Below are positions 23,163 through 37,743 of a DNA stretch of 64,000 nucleotides, piece after piece (the stretch's first letter is position 1; each line of letters starts with the position of its first letter). The translations under genes were made by a program, and so were the position numbers. This DNA is from Paraspadella gotoi (Eukaryota > Animalia > Chaetognatha). Below the pieces are notes generated by a model. That model was not told the DNA's origin. It saw only the letters and a program-made list of their open reading frames with translations, and ran no database searches. Location of the stretch: the NCBI GenBank assembly GCA_051294375.1, contig CM119268.1, forward strand, positions 15,501,103 to 15,565,102, written 5' to 3'.

Positions 23163-24821
23163 TCTCTCTCTCTCTCTCTCTCTCCTCTCTCTCTCGTATC
23201 TACTCTAATATCCCCCTATCTCTCTTTCTCTTTCCCGTCGTTTTTTGCAGAGAATCGATTTGTTTCGTAAAAAAAAACCTGGTTTTTGTTTTCAATCACG
23301 CGTTTCTTGTTTTTTTTATCTTGAGATCCCAACTTTGGCCTTTGACCGTCACTCGTCTCCTTTTAATCTCATTCGCTCTCAGCTGCATCCTCCTTCTCTC
23401 CTCCCCTGATTGCTTAATGCTAATCACTCAGATTGTACGGACGCTCCCCCACCGGTCATCACTCCCCATAGATCTACAGCAACCGTACAACTACAAAATA
23501 TTCACAAACTATTTCGTCACTCTTCACGCCGCTCCCCCTACCTCTCTCTTCACGGGCTCCAACAACCGCTTTTCCCTCCAACGATTCCTCCCGAAGCAAT
23601 CCCTATCGCAGTTCTCCTGCAGCGCTCTCCCGGCCACACTAATGGCCACCGCTTCTCGATTACTCTCCCCAGTCCTCACCCCATCTCTCCATCGTCCAAC
23701 CTCCTTCCTCACTTTTCCGAATCGATTTCCGAATCGCGATCTAATCGAAGAAAAAACCCCTCGACGTCCCTAACCACGATTTTCAAAAAAAAAAAAAGGA
23801 AGAAGTCCAGGTCCGCCTCCTCGGTCGAGGCGAGACGGTCACGCCTTCTGAGAACGAAAGGGGGAGGACGATCGGACGGTCCTACTTCATGGGGGTTGGA
23901 CGTAGTGGTGGAAAAAAAAAAGACTCATGGAAGACGTAGAATATCTATTCGCTTCCCTAACCGCCCTTCCCACTTCCCGCGCTTTTTCTTTTACGTAACT
24001 GGCCTCTTCTAAATTTCACCTCGGCTCCCTTCAACTCACTTTTCCTCCTGCGAGGATCTTCCGCCTTTAAATGCCACCATTGCTTTTCCCCCCACCCACT
24101 TTACCCGCCCATATATTCCTCCCTCATTCGTTCCCCCAATAACAGTCCCCCCCCACCGCTTTCTCTCCCCACCTCCCTTCCGCGCCGCACAAAAACTCGG
24201 AAACCAATTAACCGGATTTCTTTCCGCGGCGACTCTTCATCAGCGTCACGCCGGGGTCGAGTTCGTCGTTGTTGCCCTCGTCGTCGTCGTCGTCGTCGAC
24301 GTCGTCGTGAATGTCGTCGTTTTAAAGGTTGTCGAAGTGGTCGTGATTGTTCGTGTGGGTGTCGTCGCTGTCATCTTCAAGATTTTCGTCATTATCGTCG
24401 CTGTTGTCAATTTAACCGACCGTTTCGTCGTTGCAGTATCAGCTTTCCATGTGCTTTTATTATCATAAAATAATAACGAGAAAAAACCTTGATCGCTTAT
24501 TTTGTTTATATGACCCTGCTCGCTTCTCCCTTCGAACCGGAAAAGTAAAATGTCTTTTTTTTTCGGAGGAAGAAAGAATTTCTAAGGGTTTTTCGACTTT
24601 TGCTGAACTCGAGAGACCAAAATTCATTTTTCCTTTTCTTCTTTTTTTTTTAGTTCGACATCTTTTTTATCTGTTTCGTTTTCGGGTGGCGGACACGTTT
24701 TGACCCAAAGAAGGGAAAATAAAGGAAGCTGGTGGAAAGGAAAATAAAGAAGTAAGGATTGGAAACCAGGAAGGAAATTTAGAGGAGAACGCGTGAGAGA
24801 AAGTGTTTTAAAAGATAGATC

Positions 24822-24908
<87 letters not shown>
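24822..24908. repeat. (GATA)n microsatellite
   Basis: Read directly. Confidence 0.9.
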
Positions 24909-24909
<1 letters not shown>

Positions 24910-25078
24910 TATATGGAAATAGAGAGGGACCCAACTCCGACTCCCAATTCCACTCTCCTCCCTCTCACTCTCTCGGCATGTACATCGTCTTCGTTATCAC
25001 GTGATTAACTGATTATGCATTCTGGGGTCACGTGACAACGACGCCTCACCTTTCGCCCGGACGACGAAGGGTCAGTCG

Positions 25079-25119
<41 letters not shown>

Positions 25120-26080
25120 AGGGTCAAGTGTTCGACCCAGATGAAGAGGATGCCGAAGAAGATGACTTCGAAAAAAGAATATTACGATGGCATGATCGAT
25201 AATAATTACTTTAACGTAAACGACGAAACAATGTTTAAACTAAAATCACGATGATAAGTAAGAAAACGTCGCTAAATGCGACAATAAAGACGACAACAAC
25301 GACGACGACAACGACGACGAAGCCAGTGACAAACTAAATGGCGAAATTATACGAGAATCTCGCGACTCTCGTCGTCTGGACTCTCGACGCGTGGGAGGAC
25401 GAGAGAAAATTGTCGTCGTAATCGACTATTAGTTCGTCGTCGTCGTTGTTGACTTCGTGGCGCGGTTGGCGTAGAGATTGACGTCGTCTTAGTAGGTGTT
25501 CGCTATTAAGGCGAGATGGCGCCATTTCCATGGCTATTTAATAGAAGAGGAATAAGAAAAAAAAAAAAAAAGAAAGCAACTGAAATCGAAATCACGTCGT
25601 CGTCTTCGATCTTTTTTTCTCTTGAATTATTCATGACAATAAAAAAATTTTGACGCGATTCTGTCCTTTTCTCTTCTTTGCCCGCAACTTCATCTCTTAC
25701 CATCTCCAATCGTCTGCCAGCCATCTTTAACTTCCATCCCTGTCCTATTGATTTTTTGCATAACGGAATTCGTCTTTGCCCTGCGAGCTTTGAACGCTGT
25801 CTCTGCCCGCCGCTCCTCTCCCTGGCAAAATTTCCTGCCCTCCTTACTCGCCATCTTTGCCCGCCATCATTGCCCGGCCCGTCATCCAAGCTCGCCATCC
25901 TTTCCCCCCCATCTTTTCTCGCCTTCTTTGCCGCCATCAATGCCCGCTACCTTTGCCCCCCTGTCTTTGCCGACCGCGCATCGCGCACGGATTCGTCCTG
26001 TCCTCATCCGCCCACGAGTCGAAGGTGTTCCCCTGATTTTCTCGATGGCTTCTCTCCTCTCTCTCTCTCTCTCATCTCTC

Positions 26081-26137
<57 letters not shown>

Positions 26138-26296
26138 CACTTCTCCTTCCCTTTCCCTCTTCAGTTCCCATTCTCTCTCTCCCACTCCCCGTCTCCTCTT
26201 CTTCTCTTTCCCTTCCCCTTCCATTCGCCAACAACAAAAAAATCATCATCAGCGAAAATTTATAACCTGTTTTCTCGTCGCCTCAAAGAATCATGG

Positions 26297-26336
<40 letters not shown>

Positions 26337-29300
26337 CACTGGCGTCCCCATATTCGTCGACGCCGTTTTCGCTTTCGAGGAGAATGACCATCGAAAAGGA
26401 AAATAGGGTTGCGAAGGAAATGGTTGTAAGCTGAAAGGTGTATTGGTTGGTGGAAGGTCATTTTTATATAAATATACAATATACATATGTGCATATATGT
26501 AATAATGTTATATATTTAATAATAAATTAATAATAATTATTAATTTATATGAATAAATAAATCTCAAATCGTGGTGTTCAAAAAAGTATATATTTCTTTA
26601 TCCTGTGGATTCGATCCCCGAATCTCCGATCCACGATCTCTCTATTTCTCCCGTCTTCTTTTCAACCTTTCCTCCATTTTTTTCCTTTTCTTTTCCTCCT
26701 TTCCTCGATTCCTCCATTCTTCTTCTCCAATCGTATTTTCCTCCTTTACCTCCGTCCTCTTTTCGTCTTCCCACTTCTCCATTCATTCTTTCCTCCATTC
26801 CTCATTCTTTTAACTCGTTCTCTCTTCTCCTTTTCTTGCTCCCTCCCTTCCTCCCTCCAACACATCGATTCCTCCGTTCTCTCCTCGCGAAGGTGCAAAG
26901 GAATCTACGATTCCTCGGGGACGATCGCCGCGCACCCTTTTTTCGTGATCGGGTGGAAGGGGAGAAAGTGTAAGTGTAAGTGTAAGGATACGGAAAGGGT
27001 GGTTGAAACACTCGAGCCCCCGGATGTAAATAGGAAATACGTGGACGAAGAGGAGAATAGTTTTCTTCGAATCGATCGAATTCAAGAGCGATCACGATAT
27101 CACGACGGGCGGGTCTCACGTGACCGGCGATTCACCGTCGACGCGGGTAATGGGTCGTGAGGGATCGTGAAATACGGGAGTCGAGGAGGAGGAAACGGCG
27201 ACGGTCGTAAAACCGAGGAAAGGTGAACTGTGAAAGAAGGCGGTGGCGGGTAGGGAGAGGGGGGCGTCCGATTTAGGTGATAGAAGGATACTCAGTTTAC
27301 AGTAGGACAGATTATAACGAAATTCACAGATACAAATTCACAGTATTCATCCTCGTCACTCGGCGCAATTATCCCCAACATAAATTTAACTCTTCACTGA
27401 GTCGTATCACGCGTTCCAATCACTCACCGTCATTAATTTTATGCTTGGCTCTCCTCCCAATCATTTAGCTTTTCCAGTTGACTTACCTTCGCTCTCCGTC
27501 TCAATAGGCGAGCGAGACGACCCCGGCGGGACTGGGAAAGGTGAGGCCAAACTGTCTCTCTGTTTCAAAATTACCGTGTCTGAAGAATTAAAGGTTTTAA
27601 GTCTTTATCGCTCGGTTTGTGGCCTCGAGTGCTCAGTCTCGAGTCAAGAGTAACAAGTCGGATTCCCTTCGTCGTCAGTTACAAGTCCGTTACCTGCTAA
27701 TCCAAGACTCAAGACACTCAACCAATGATCAAATTCTACTTTCTACGTTCGTCAGTGTTTCCAGGTCGAGAGTCCACTAAAAAAAACAGACCCTACGATC
27801 CAAGCCCCTCGTCTGCTGTCCGTTCCTCCACTCTCGCGTCCTTCAACTCTCACGTCCCTTGATTCTTTTCTTCAAGTCGCCCGAGCGAAACTTGATCGTC
27901 CTCTCGACGAACGTTCGTCCTTTCGATCGTCGACGCGAAATCGAGTTGCGTCGTTGTGCGTCGCTCGCTACGAAATCATTTGAGAATCTTTAACGATCGC
28001 ACGATGAGCGAAAAGGATTTAACGTGAAAAGAGCAATTTGAACTTTCATTATAAAGATTGTCCGCGTTACATTATTTCTCCTCCATTCCCCCCAAGAAGA
28101 GCGTAAACAGCAGAGCGGTTTCTTCTCCTCCTTTTTTCCTCAATACCACGAATTCCATGATTTCAATCCCGCCTCTTCCCCCCCCTCTTTCCCCCCTCTT
28201 TTCCTCGCATCCCAAAAGCAAAACCTTCGCCCACGTCGTTCGGTCGCGCTCGAGATCCGCTCGGGCCTTCGGTCGCCCAGACTCGGACCTTGGCGGCGCC
28301 ACCTCCTCGCTGATCCAAGACCATACGCCCCCCTAAACGCTGCCCACCTGATGCCGCGGCCCGCGACCCGTCGTCCGGCGCGAAGGAAAAAAAAAAATGC
28401 GCCGGGCGCGGTCCTTTTGTAAAATCGCAACCGTCCCGTTCCCCGTCTTCCCTCGGCCCGCCCGAAAGGCATACCCAAATCCCCGCCCGGTCGCCGAAAA
28501 CCGGGTCGCTAGAGTCCGTTTAGCCCCTGCGAACTTGAACGAGATTTTTACGAGTGGAATAAAAATACATTGAGTAGAAATTCGAAAGGAGCGAGCGAGA
28601 GTGGGGGGGGGGGAGAGAAATAGGTGGGAGGGGAGGACGTGTGGAACCTCCGTTCGTCTCGCTTGGCTTTTCATATCGCGCCCGGCGGTTCATCAACCCG
28701 TAGGAGAGCGACAGAAAAGGTCGCGGGTACGAATCCCCCTTTTTTCATTGCCATCAACAACAGTTGCATTTCTGCCTCGCCTCCTTAGCTCCTCCTCACC
28801 TTTCTCTGCCTCCGCAATCATCGAGATTTCTTCGTCCATTGGGAAGAAAAAGAAAGAATGAAAGAAAGAACGAAGGGAAAGAAGGACGAAACGATTACAA
28901 CCTTTCGCAACTACTAACGAGCGTCACCTCACAATTAATAACGAGGTCGATCTAATGATCGTTGGTAGCGTTACACCCGATGTAATGATCTCCAAACGAT
29001 GAACTCCTCTTTGACCCTCACGAAAGCGGTTCGCTCCTGCGCACTCCCTCCGACGCAATTAGCTCCTACGCTCACTTCCGTAGCAATTAGGAATTTAGGG
29101 AGCACCTGAGCAGGAATCGTTATCGTCGTTTTGATGACCTCATTAACTTCTTGAGTCTTTTGTTTACCTTTTTTTTTTTCATCCCGTTCCATTTATGCCG
29201 GTCAAGCATTTGAAAAAAAATAATTAGTAATGACTCGTAATTTGGAATATTTGTAGTATTTTTTGTCACATTCAGTTCATTCAGAGGATGCCGTCCATAA

Positions 29301-29413
29301 TTTATCTCTTTGAGCGAGAATACTAATCCAGTGGATTCGTTCAAAACCCTTTTTTTCTCATTTCTCCTTCCTCCCCTAATTTATTCACATTTCCTACCAC
29401 TCTGCCCACATTT

Positions 29414-29489
<76 letters not shown>

Positions 29490-29689
29490 TTTCTCCTCGC
29501 TCCCTACCACTTTTCCGTCTCTTTCAAGTCCAAGAGTATCAAGATCTATCATGCTCCGTACATCTCGAGAAACTTAAGAAAAACCTCCTGAAAAAGATAA
29601 CAATTTAATTTTTTTGACGCTCAAGACGACGAAAGTACAACTGAGATAGAGCGAGAGCGAAGAAGTACCCCCGAGATGACCCCGAGAGC

Positions 29690-29732
<43 letters not shown>

Positions 29733-30393
29733 TCTTGGCAGAGGATTCGAGAACGAGTAGCGATTAAAAGGCAATCTCTTTCGCTCATCGTTTTCGTTAA
29801 TCACTTCAATTGTTTTTTTCTTTTTTTCTTTTTCATTTACAGCGTCTTTCTTTTTATAAAAATAGATGTAGCAGTATTTTTCGTGACGATATTCCTGACG
29901 CATTTATTAACATTCTTTGTCCGTTTTTGAAAAACCTTTAAAACTTATTCCTATTTTACAACTTTTGATGTTTCATCAAATTCGCAATTTGTGAGTAACT
30001 GATGATTTCTTTAACATATGATATCTTTAATTTTCCACGGCTTTACTTTCACTTTTTCACTACTTATCACTCTCATCCTCGTTTTTTTACACGATTTAAT
30101 ATCTAAATCAGTGAAACGAATAGACTCTGTGATTTATCGAGTCAACTTTCCCACGCGTCCCTGATTTTTATTCGCGATTGTCGCGCTGTCGTTCTCGTCG
30201 TCGTCGTCGTTGTTGTTTTACTTAAATTTGTCGTCGGCAATTTTCATCCTCCTCTTTGTTTCAAAATTTTTTTTCAGTCGTCGTCGTCGTCATCGTCGTG
30301 GTTATCGTCGCCATGATCGTCGCTTTGGCAGTCGTCACTAATTGTTTTTTGTTATCATCGTTAATCCAACTGCAATGACAGAGTTCCACCAAC

Positions 30394-30427
<34 letters not shown>

Positions 30428-30816
30428 CTCCATTCCATCATCGACACCATGACGGGATCAATGGGACGCGAGGGACACGAAAATAGAGAAAAGAGAGACA
30501 CAGACAGAGACAGAGACAGACAAAGTGCGACTTGCATTGTAAGAAACCGGGACGCTGCCAACTTCGGAGCTCGAAGAGTGGCGCCGCAGACGCCGCAGAC
30601 GCCGCCGACGCCGCAGACGCAGGGGGATGTCTACGGAATGCCGGGAATTGGCGCCGGTGGACTCTGGGATTTCGTTATTGGCGCCGAAAAGAGTTTTCCT
30701 CCGTCGGCAGAGTTGAACAAACTTTCGTCTTTAGGTCTAATTAGGATGGTTAACAATATTAATATGATGCTTAAAGAAAAAAAAAAGAAAGAAAGAAAGA
30801 AAGACAAAAAGAAATT

Positions 30817-30912
<96 letters not shown>

Positions 30913-31606
30913 AAGAAAGAGAGAGAGAAAGAAAGAAAGAATGAAAGAAAGAAAGATAAAAAGAAAGAAAGACACAAAAAATCAAACGAGAAAAACTAAG
31001 GAAAACAGAGAAAATGAGAAGAAGCAAAGAAAAGAGAAGGTGCGTACTTTTTGGAATCCGCTTCCACTTGCAGTCAGAATGCAAAAAGCCAAGGAAAGGA
31101 CCGCAGACTCTTTCTTCTTTTTTGGAAAAAGTATTTTCCCGTGATTTTCGTCAGGAAGCCAAACTGAGAGAGAGAGAGAGAGATGAGAGCAAGAAGACGA
31201 GAGAGAGAGAGAGAGACTCTGCGCGACTCTTTTCTCCTTTTAATTCCCGGTCCATTTTTTCGTCGCACCGACAACGACGACGACGAAGACGACAACAACG
31301 ACGACGACGAAGACGAAGACGTCGTCCCCCTGTCCTCTTCCTCTTCTTCCTCCCCTCCACGGGTTCCGTTAGTGACAGTCATAACGTTTCCTATCCTCCT
31401 CCTCCTCCTCCTCCTCCTCCCAATGTCTTTTCCTCCTCTTCTTCTCGCTGTCACAAACCCCTTGTCCTCCTCCTCTTCCTCCTCCTGGGTCACGTGACAG
31501 TCACAGAAATTCCTTCACTCATGGGCCTTTCCTTCTCGTTTCCTTTCCTTTCCTCCCTTTTTTTCCTCTCTCGCTCTCGAGTCCCACTTTATTTTCGCCA
31601 TCGAGC

Positions 31607-31638
<32 letters not shown>

Positions 31639-33709
31639 CAAAAACCCACGCGACCCGCGCCGGTGGTCGACTCTTTTCTTCGACTCGCTCTCGCTCAATC
31701 TCTCTCGCTCTCACTCGCCTGTCACGGCTCAAGTAATCCCTCCGTTTTCTGACCCATCCTCCAAAAAAAAAAATCGCTATCGTCGTTTTTTTTTCTTTCC
31801 GGCGACTCAGCCATTGTTCACGCGGGTTAATCTGTTTGTGAATTGTTAGAAAGAACTTGTCACTCGGTCAATCACGAAAAGGGACGATCGACAATCAATA
31901 AAATCTATGAATCAGATGAAAGAGCATCGTGCAATCATAAATTTTAAAAAATCGACGAAAAAAAAGAATTAAACAACAAAACAAGAAGAAAGAAAAAACT
32001 TTTCGACCAACTTTTTCTCGATTTCTGTGTTTGTCACCGCCGCAACAGAAGAGCTTCCCTCGCCACTTCTCTCCTCCTCCGTCTTATTCTTATCTCTCTC
32101 TTTCTCTCTCTCTTTTCTTCTTCCTCCTCCTCCTCCTCCTCCTACTCTGGTGACATTTTTTTTCCAACTTTTGTCGCGCGTCCTCTCGCTGCTCTCTTTT
32201 TTCATCTCGCTCTCTCTCTCTCCCGCGCACACGCGCATTCCCCGGGCTCTGTCTCTCTCAGTCGCTCTCTCTCTTTCTCTCTCTCCCGCTTTTGTCGTGT
32301 GTCACCAACTTTTTGCGTCTCCGCGCGTCGAGTCACGTGACGTCGCCGGGCAAGACGATCACGCGACAGAATTCTTCGCGACGATTCATCGATATGTTAA
32401 GTTCAAACGACGTCGTGAAAATAATAAAATCACATATTGAAATACAACGAACGATGTCGAATTTGTAGATTGAAACCAAAAAAATTTTTAAAAATAAAAA
32501 AACTGTCACAAGAAGCGAACAAAAATTAACAAGAGATAAGAAACGATTCTTCCCTCTTTATTTATGTTCGTCGTTTTTGACTCTTTAGATCTGAGATCCG
32601 ACAGAAAAAAGGGGAAATTGATTGAAAAAAGGGAAGAAGAATCCTAACGACATCACGAGGAAAAAATTGTTGCTTTTTCGCGCGTTGACACAAAAAAAAA
32701 GTGAGACGGCGTCTGTCGCACGAAAAATGTGACGTTTCTTCACAAAAAGTGACTCGATCAGGGAGAAGAGCTCGCTTTCTCTTTTGCCCTCACAAATAAG
32801 TGACGAAAAAGGGACATTCACAAAAACGAGACGTTTTTCGCGAGAGAGAGAAAAGATATCGTCGCGACTATCTCCCTCTCTCTCTTTAGTAACTCTCTCT
32901 CACTCTGATTTATTTTTGTCGCCGAAGTCGACGGAGATTTGTCACGGGCAAGAGAGGAAAAAACAGACGATGGCGTTTCCTATGTTTATGGTGAGTCTAC
33001 TAGAATGAAAGAGAGGAATGAAGAGAAAGGATAAGCAGACGAAGAGAGGAGAGAGAGAGGAGAGAGAGAGAAGAGAGAGAGAGAGAGGAGAGAGAGAGAT
33101 GAGGAGAGAGAGAGAGAGAGATGAGAGGAGAGGCAGAGAGAGAGTCAGAGCTATCAGTCACGTGGTCTACCCTGATGATTATTCAGATGGGCACGACTCC
33201 TGATTCTGTTCCTCGAGCTCAAGAAAAGTTGGACCATCAAGCAATAACGTTCTTAGTAATGAGCTATCGCATTTGAATGCGTCCTTCCAAATTCAGACTT
33301 TTGGGTGAAGGGCAGATCATGTCAGTATTCCGTAATTGTAAAAGGGGAAAATTTGGCAGTTCATTATTAAACAATGTTCATAACGAAATTTCTTCTATCT
33401 CTCTTTTTCCTCTACCTCTTCTCTCTCTTCTCTCTCTCCTCCTCTCTCTCTCTCTCTCTCTCTCTCTCCTGCTCTCTCTTCTCTCTCTCTCCTTTCTCTG
33501 CTCTCTCTCTCTCGCCATATTCAACATCAGAGTTTCTTCGAGTCCCCAGATTTTTCCGTTTTGCTCTCTTCACATTTCCCGAGCTTTTATTGAAAGAAAC
33601 CCCATGAGTGTTTTCTGATATTACTCTGGACGTCTTTTCCTTTCGTTTTCCATTAATCGGTTTTCTTTTCGTTTCCCTGACCGAGGGAGTCATTTCTCTT
33701 CGTCTCTCT

Positions 33710-33762
<53 letters not shown>

Positions 33763-33764
33763 CT

Positions 33765-33818
<54 letters not shown>

Positions 33819-33821
33819 CTC

Positions 33822-33859
<38 letters not shown>

Positions 33860-33900
33860 CTCCTCTTCTCCTTGTCTCTCGATGCTTCTGCTCTTATACG

Positions 33901-35309
33901 ACAAGGCAATCTTTTAGCTTCTTTACCTCCTTTTACTTGATTCCTTCTCCTCCAGTTATCTTCACTTTTTTTTTTTAATTAAAGATATAAAAAAAAACCC
34001 CCTTCAAAAAAAATCACCAAAAATTATGTAATTCTTGAAAGCACATTTGTTCTCTGAACGCTTTAAATTTTGTCCGACTTCCGTTCGGGCCTCCTACTCC
34101 TCTTTGGGACCACTAATAATCCTTTTTATTATTTTCTTCCGTCATTCCTCGATCACGACTCCTCCCCTTCTCTCCTCTCACTCTCCCCTTAATCTTTCCT
34201 CTCTTCTTCTCTAATTCCCCCCCCCAACTTATCCGACTCCGCCTCTCCCTTCCCTCTCGATCCTCGGCGCGCCCCGGTCTCCTTCGCCATCCATTCCCGT
34301 CGCCGCGCCCACTCGCCCTGAGATTCGAGACGCATAATTCGATGCAAAATTCAACCGACGACCAAATTTGGTTTTTGAAAAAATTGGGAAATGAGTGAAG
34401 TCTCGTCACCGGCTTTGTAACAATTGCCTTTTGAGAATTAATTTCCTTTTTTTTTTTAGTAGTTGCCGCCTATTTCTTAAATAAGCCCTTTTTAACGTAT
34501 CAATTAAAAAAACTGTGCTCTTTCGATCTGAAAGTATCTTTCTTCGTCTTTTTTCCTGATCTGATCATTAATAGATGTGAAACCCAGAGCCCATTTAATA
34601 AGTACGTCATGCTTTCCTTTCTTCAAAATATTCCACTTTTAAAGGTTAAATTTTAACGCTTCCATATTTTTAAAGATCCTCTTTTATAGTCTGCAATCTT
34701 ATTTTTTTCGGTACCTCACTCTTTTCCCTCGGAAACCTTACCCTTCCTGTAGAAGAGTGTGATTCCCACGGCTGCATCTCGTTTTTTAAAACGTTGGAAT
34801 GGAGATTAGAGTTTCTAAAAAAGAGGGAAGTCTCTCTCTCCCTCTCTCTCTCTNNNNNNNNNNNNNNNNNNNNNNNNNNNNNNNNNNNNNNNNNNNNNNN
34901 NNNNNNNNNNNNNNNNNNNNNNNNNNNNNNNNNNNNNNNNNNNNNNNNNNNNNNNNNNNNNNNNNNNNNNNNNNNNNNNNNNNNNNNNNNNNNNNNNNNN
35001 NNNNNNNNNNNNNNNNTCTCCCTCCGACCTCCTGAAATAGAACAAGAATAGATTATTAGACGCCACAGCGGAGACTCTTTAAGAAAACAGGGGAGGAGCG
35101 ATTTTTTTTCTCTCTCTCTCCGCTTCTTCTTCCTGTCGCGTTTCACTGTACCGTCGGGGATTTATGCAAAATGTAGCGTAGACTTACTCGAGGGAGATGA
35201 AAAGGTTTGCCTTTATTCCGTTGAAACGCAAGCCGCCTTCCACACCCCTTCACACCTCTTCTCATCCCCTCAACACCCCTCGTCTCCTCGAATTTCCTCA
35301 AAAAGAGAA

Positions 35310-35391
<82 letters not shown>

Positions 35392-36356
35392 TTATTGTTA
35401 ACGAATATGACGAATCAATAATGTCAATATCGCCCAAGCACCTACAAAGCAATCTTTTAGCTTCTTTTACCTCCTTTTATTTGATTCTTTCCCCAGTTAT
35501 CTTCACTTTTTTTTATTATGTTATTCTTGAAAGCATCATTGTTCTCACGCTTTAAATTTGTCCGACTTCCGTTCGGCCCTCCTACCTCCTCTTGATCCAG
35601 CTATTATCCTTTATTATTTTCTTCCGTCATTCCTCGATCACGACTCCTTCCCCTTCTCTCCTCTCACTCTCTCCTTAATCTTTCCTCTCTTCTTCTCTAA
35701 TTCCCCCCCAACTTATCCGACTCCGCCTCTCCCTTCCCTCTCGATCCTCGGCGCGCCCCGTCTCCTTCTCGCCATCCATTCCCGTTCGCCGCGCCCACTC
35801 GCCCTGAGATTCGAGACGCATAATTCGATGCAAAATTCAACCGACGACGACCCAAATTTGGTTTTTTGAAAAAATTGGGAAATGAGTGAAGTCCGTCACC
35901 GGCTTTGTTAACAATTGCCTTTTGAGAATTAATTTCCTTTCTTTTTTTTTTTTAGTAGTTTGGCCGCCTATTTTCTTAAATAAGCCCTTTTTAACGTATC
36001 AATTAAAAAAACTGTGCTCTTTCGATCTGAAAGTATCTTTCTTCGTCTTTTTTTCCTGATCTGATCATTAATAGATGTGAAACCCAGAGCCCATTTAATA
36101 AGTACGTCATGCTTTCCTTTCTTCAAAATATTCCACTTTTTAAAGGTTAAATTTTAACGCTTCCATATTTTTAAAGATCTCTTTTATAGTCTGCAATCTT
36201 ATTTTTTTCTCGGTACTCACTCTTTTCCCTCGAAACCTTACCCTTCCTGTAGAAGAGTGTGATTCCCACGGCTGGCAATCTCGTTTTTTAAAACGTTGGA
36301 ATGGAGATTAGAGTTTCTAAAAAGAGGGGAAGTCTCTCCTCTCCCTCTCTCTCTCT

Positions 36357-36397
<41 letters not shown>

Positions 36398-36403
36398 CTC
36401 TCT

Positions 36404-36495
<92 letters not shown>

Positions 36496-36796
36496 CTCTC
36501 CCTCTCTCCCTCCGACCTCCTGAATAGAACAAGAATAGATTATTAGACGCCACTGCGGAGACTCTTTAAGAAAACAGGGGAGGAGCGATTTTTTTTCTCT
36601 CTCTCTCCGCTTCTTCTTCCTGTCGCGTTTCACTGTACCGTCGGGGATTTATGCAAAATGTAGCGTAGACTTACTCGAGGGAGATGAAAAAGGTTTGCCT
36701 TTATTCCGTTGAAACGCAAGCCGCCTTCCACAACCCTTCACACCTCTTCTCATCCCCTCAACACCCCTCGTCTCCTGAATTTCCTCAAAAAGAGAA

Positions 36797-36872
<76 letters not shown>

Positions 36873-36926
36873 TTTATTGTTAACGAATATGACGAATCAA
36901 TAATGTCAATATCGGCCCAAGCACCT
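33901..36926. repeat. Direct tandem duplication of ~1.5 kb (33901-35443 and 35444-36926), probably an assembly artefact
   Basis: Both copies start ACAA(G/A)GCAATCTTTTAGC and end CCCAAGCACCT, and differ mainly by 1-nt indels. Copy 2 has sequence where copy 1 has Ns, and a 25-N gap follows. Confidence 0.9.
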
Positions 36927-36941
36927 GATTCTCTCTTTCTA

Positions 36942-36979
<38 letters not shown>

Positions 36980-37743
36980 TCTCTCCCTCTCTCTCTCTCT
37001 TCTCTCTCTTCTCTCCTCTATCATCTATCTCCGGGTTTCGCCCTCTCAATTGCCGTCTTTGTCGTTTGCGTCCTCGCCGNNNNNNNNNNNNNNNNNNNNN
37101 NNNNCTCGCCGCTTTTTTTCCATTTTCCTTTTTTTTTTCTTTTCGCCAAAATCTGGGGTTTTTTGCTGAGGCAGACAAGTTCTTCATTTTCCCTCCCTTT
37201 TACACCTGTTACACCTGTTGCACCTGTTGAAGCGAGACGAAGGCGAGAAAGAGGGGGAAGAGGGAATTGGAGGTTGAGAAGTAAAGAGAGGATGGAGGAA
37301 GAGTAGAGGAAGAAAGGAAATTAGTACATTCAATATAAAGATTATCCATTCATTTATTTAAATAGGCTTTCTTCCCCCATGCTATGATTTTTACCGTCTA
37401 AATAGCAACAAAATGAGATAAAGTTACTTCATTTCTTTCTTTTTTTTTTAAATGCTCTTTTTTTTCTATATTTGATTTAGTTTAACCTTCTTTATCCTTA
37501 TGTTTCTCTTTTTCTGAAATTTATTTGATTTTGTTCACATCACAACCTCCACTGCGTTTCTGCTTTTTTTTTNNNNNNNNNNNNNNNNNNNNNNNNNACT
37601 GACATTTTTAAAATCTTGCAGTAATGTAAAATAAATAATTACGGTGACAATATCTCTCGGAATTATCTTTGAATTTCGTCACCAAAGCGAGAGTCAATTT
37701 CGGGAGAAACTCGGTCAACCTTTAAACCTTTCGACGGAAATGT

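Noticed and set aside
24431-24703. KNLDRLFCL as the missing basonuclin KILLDRLF exon
   Set aside because: Only five residues match, the flanks show no similarity and there are no suitable splice sites.
27278-27790. Possible solo LTR (compositionally distinct block starting TG)
   Set aside because: No TSD, terminal inverted repeat or second copy is visible.
28401-28412. GCCGGGCGCGGT resembling the 5' end of SRP/7SL RNA
   Set aside because: Similarity stops after 12 nt and no Alu or S domain follows.
28971-29344. Non-repetitive short ORFs, possibly a retroelement or gene fragment
   Set aside because: No recognisable motif in any frame and no consistent exon structure.
33286-33300. CCAAATTCAGACT resembling RNase P RNA conserved region V
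   Set aside because: There is no CR-I partner (GGAAGGTCTGAG) upstream; that region is (AG)n.
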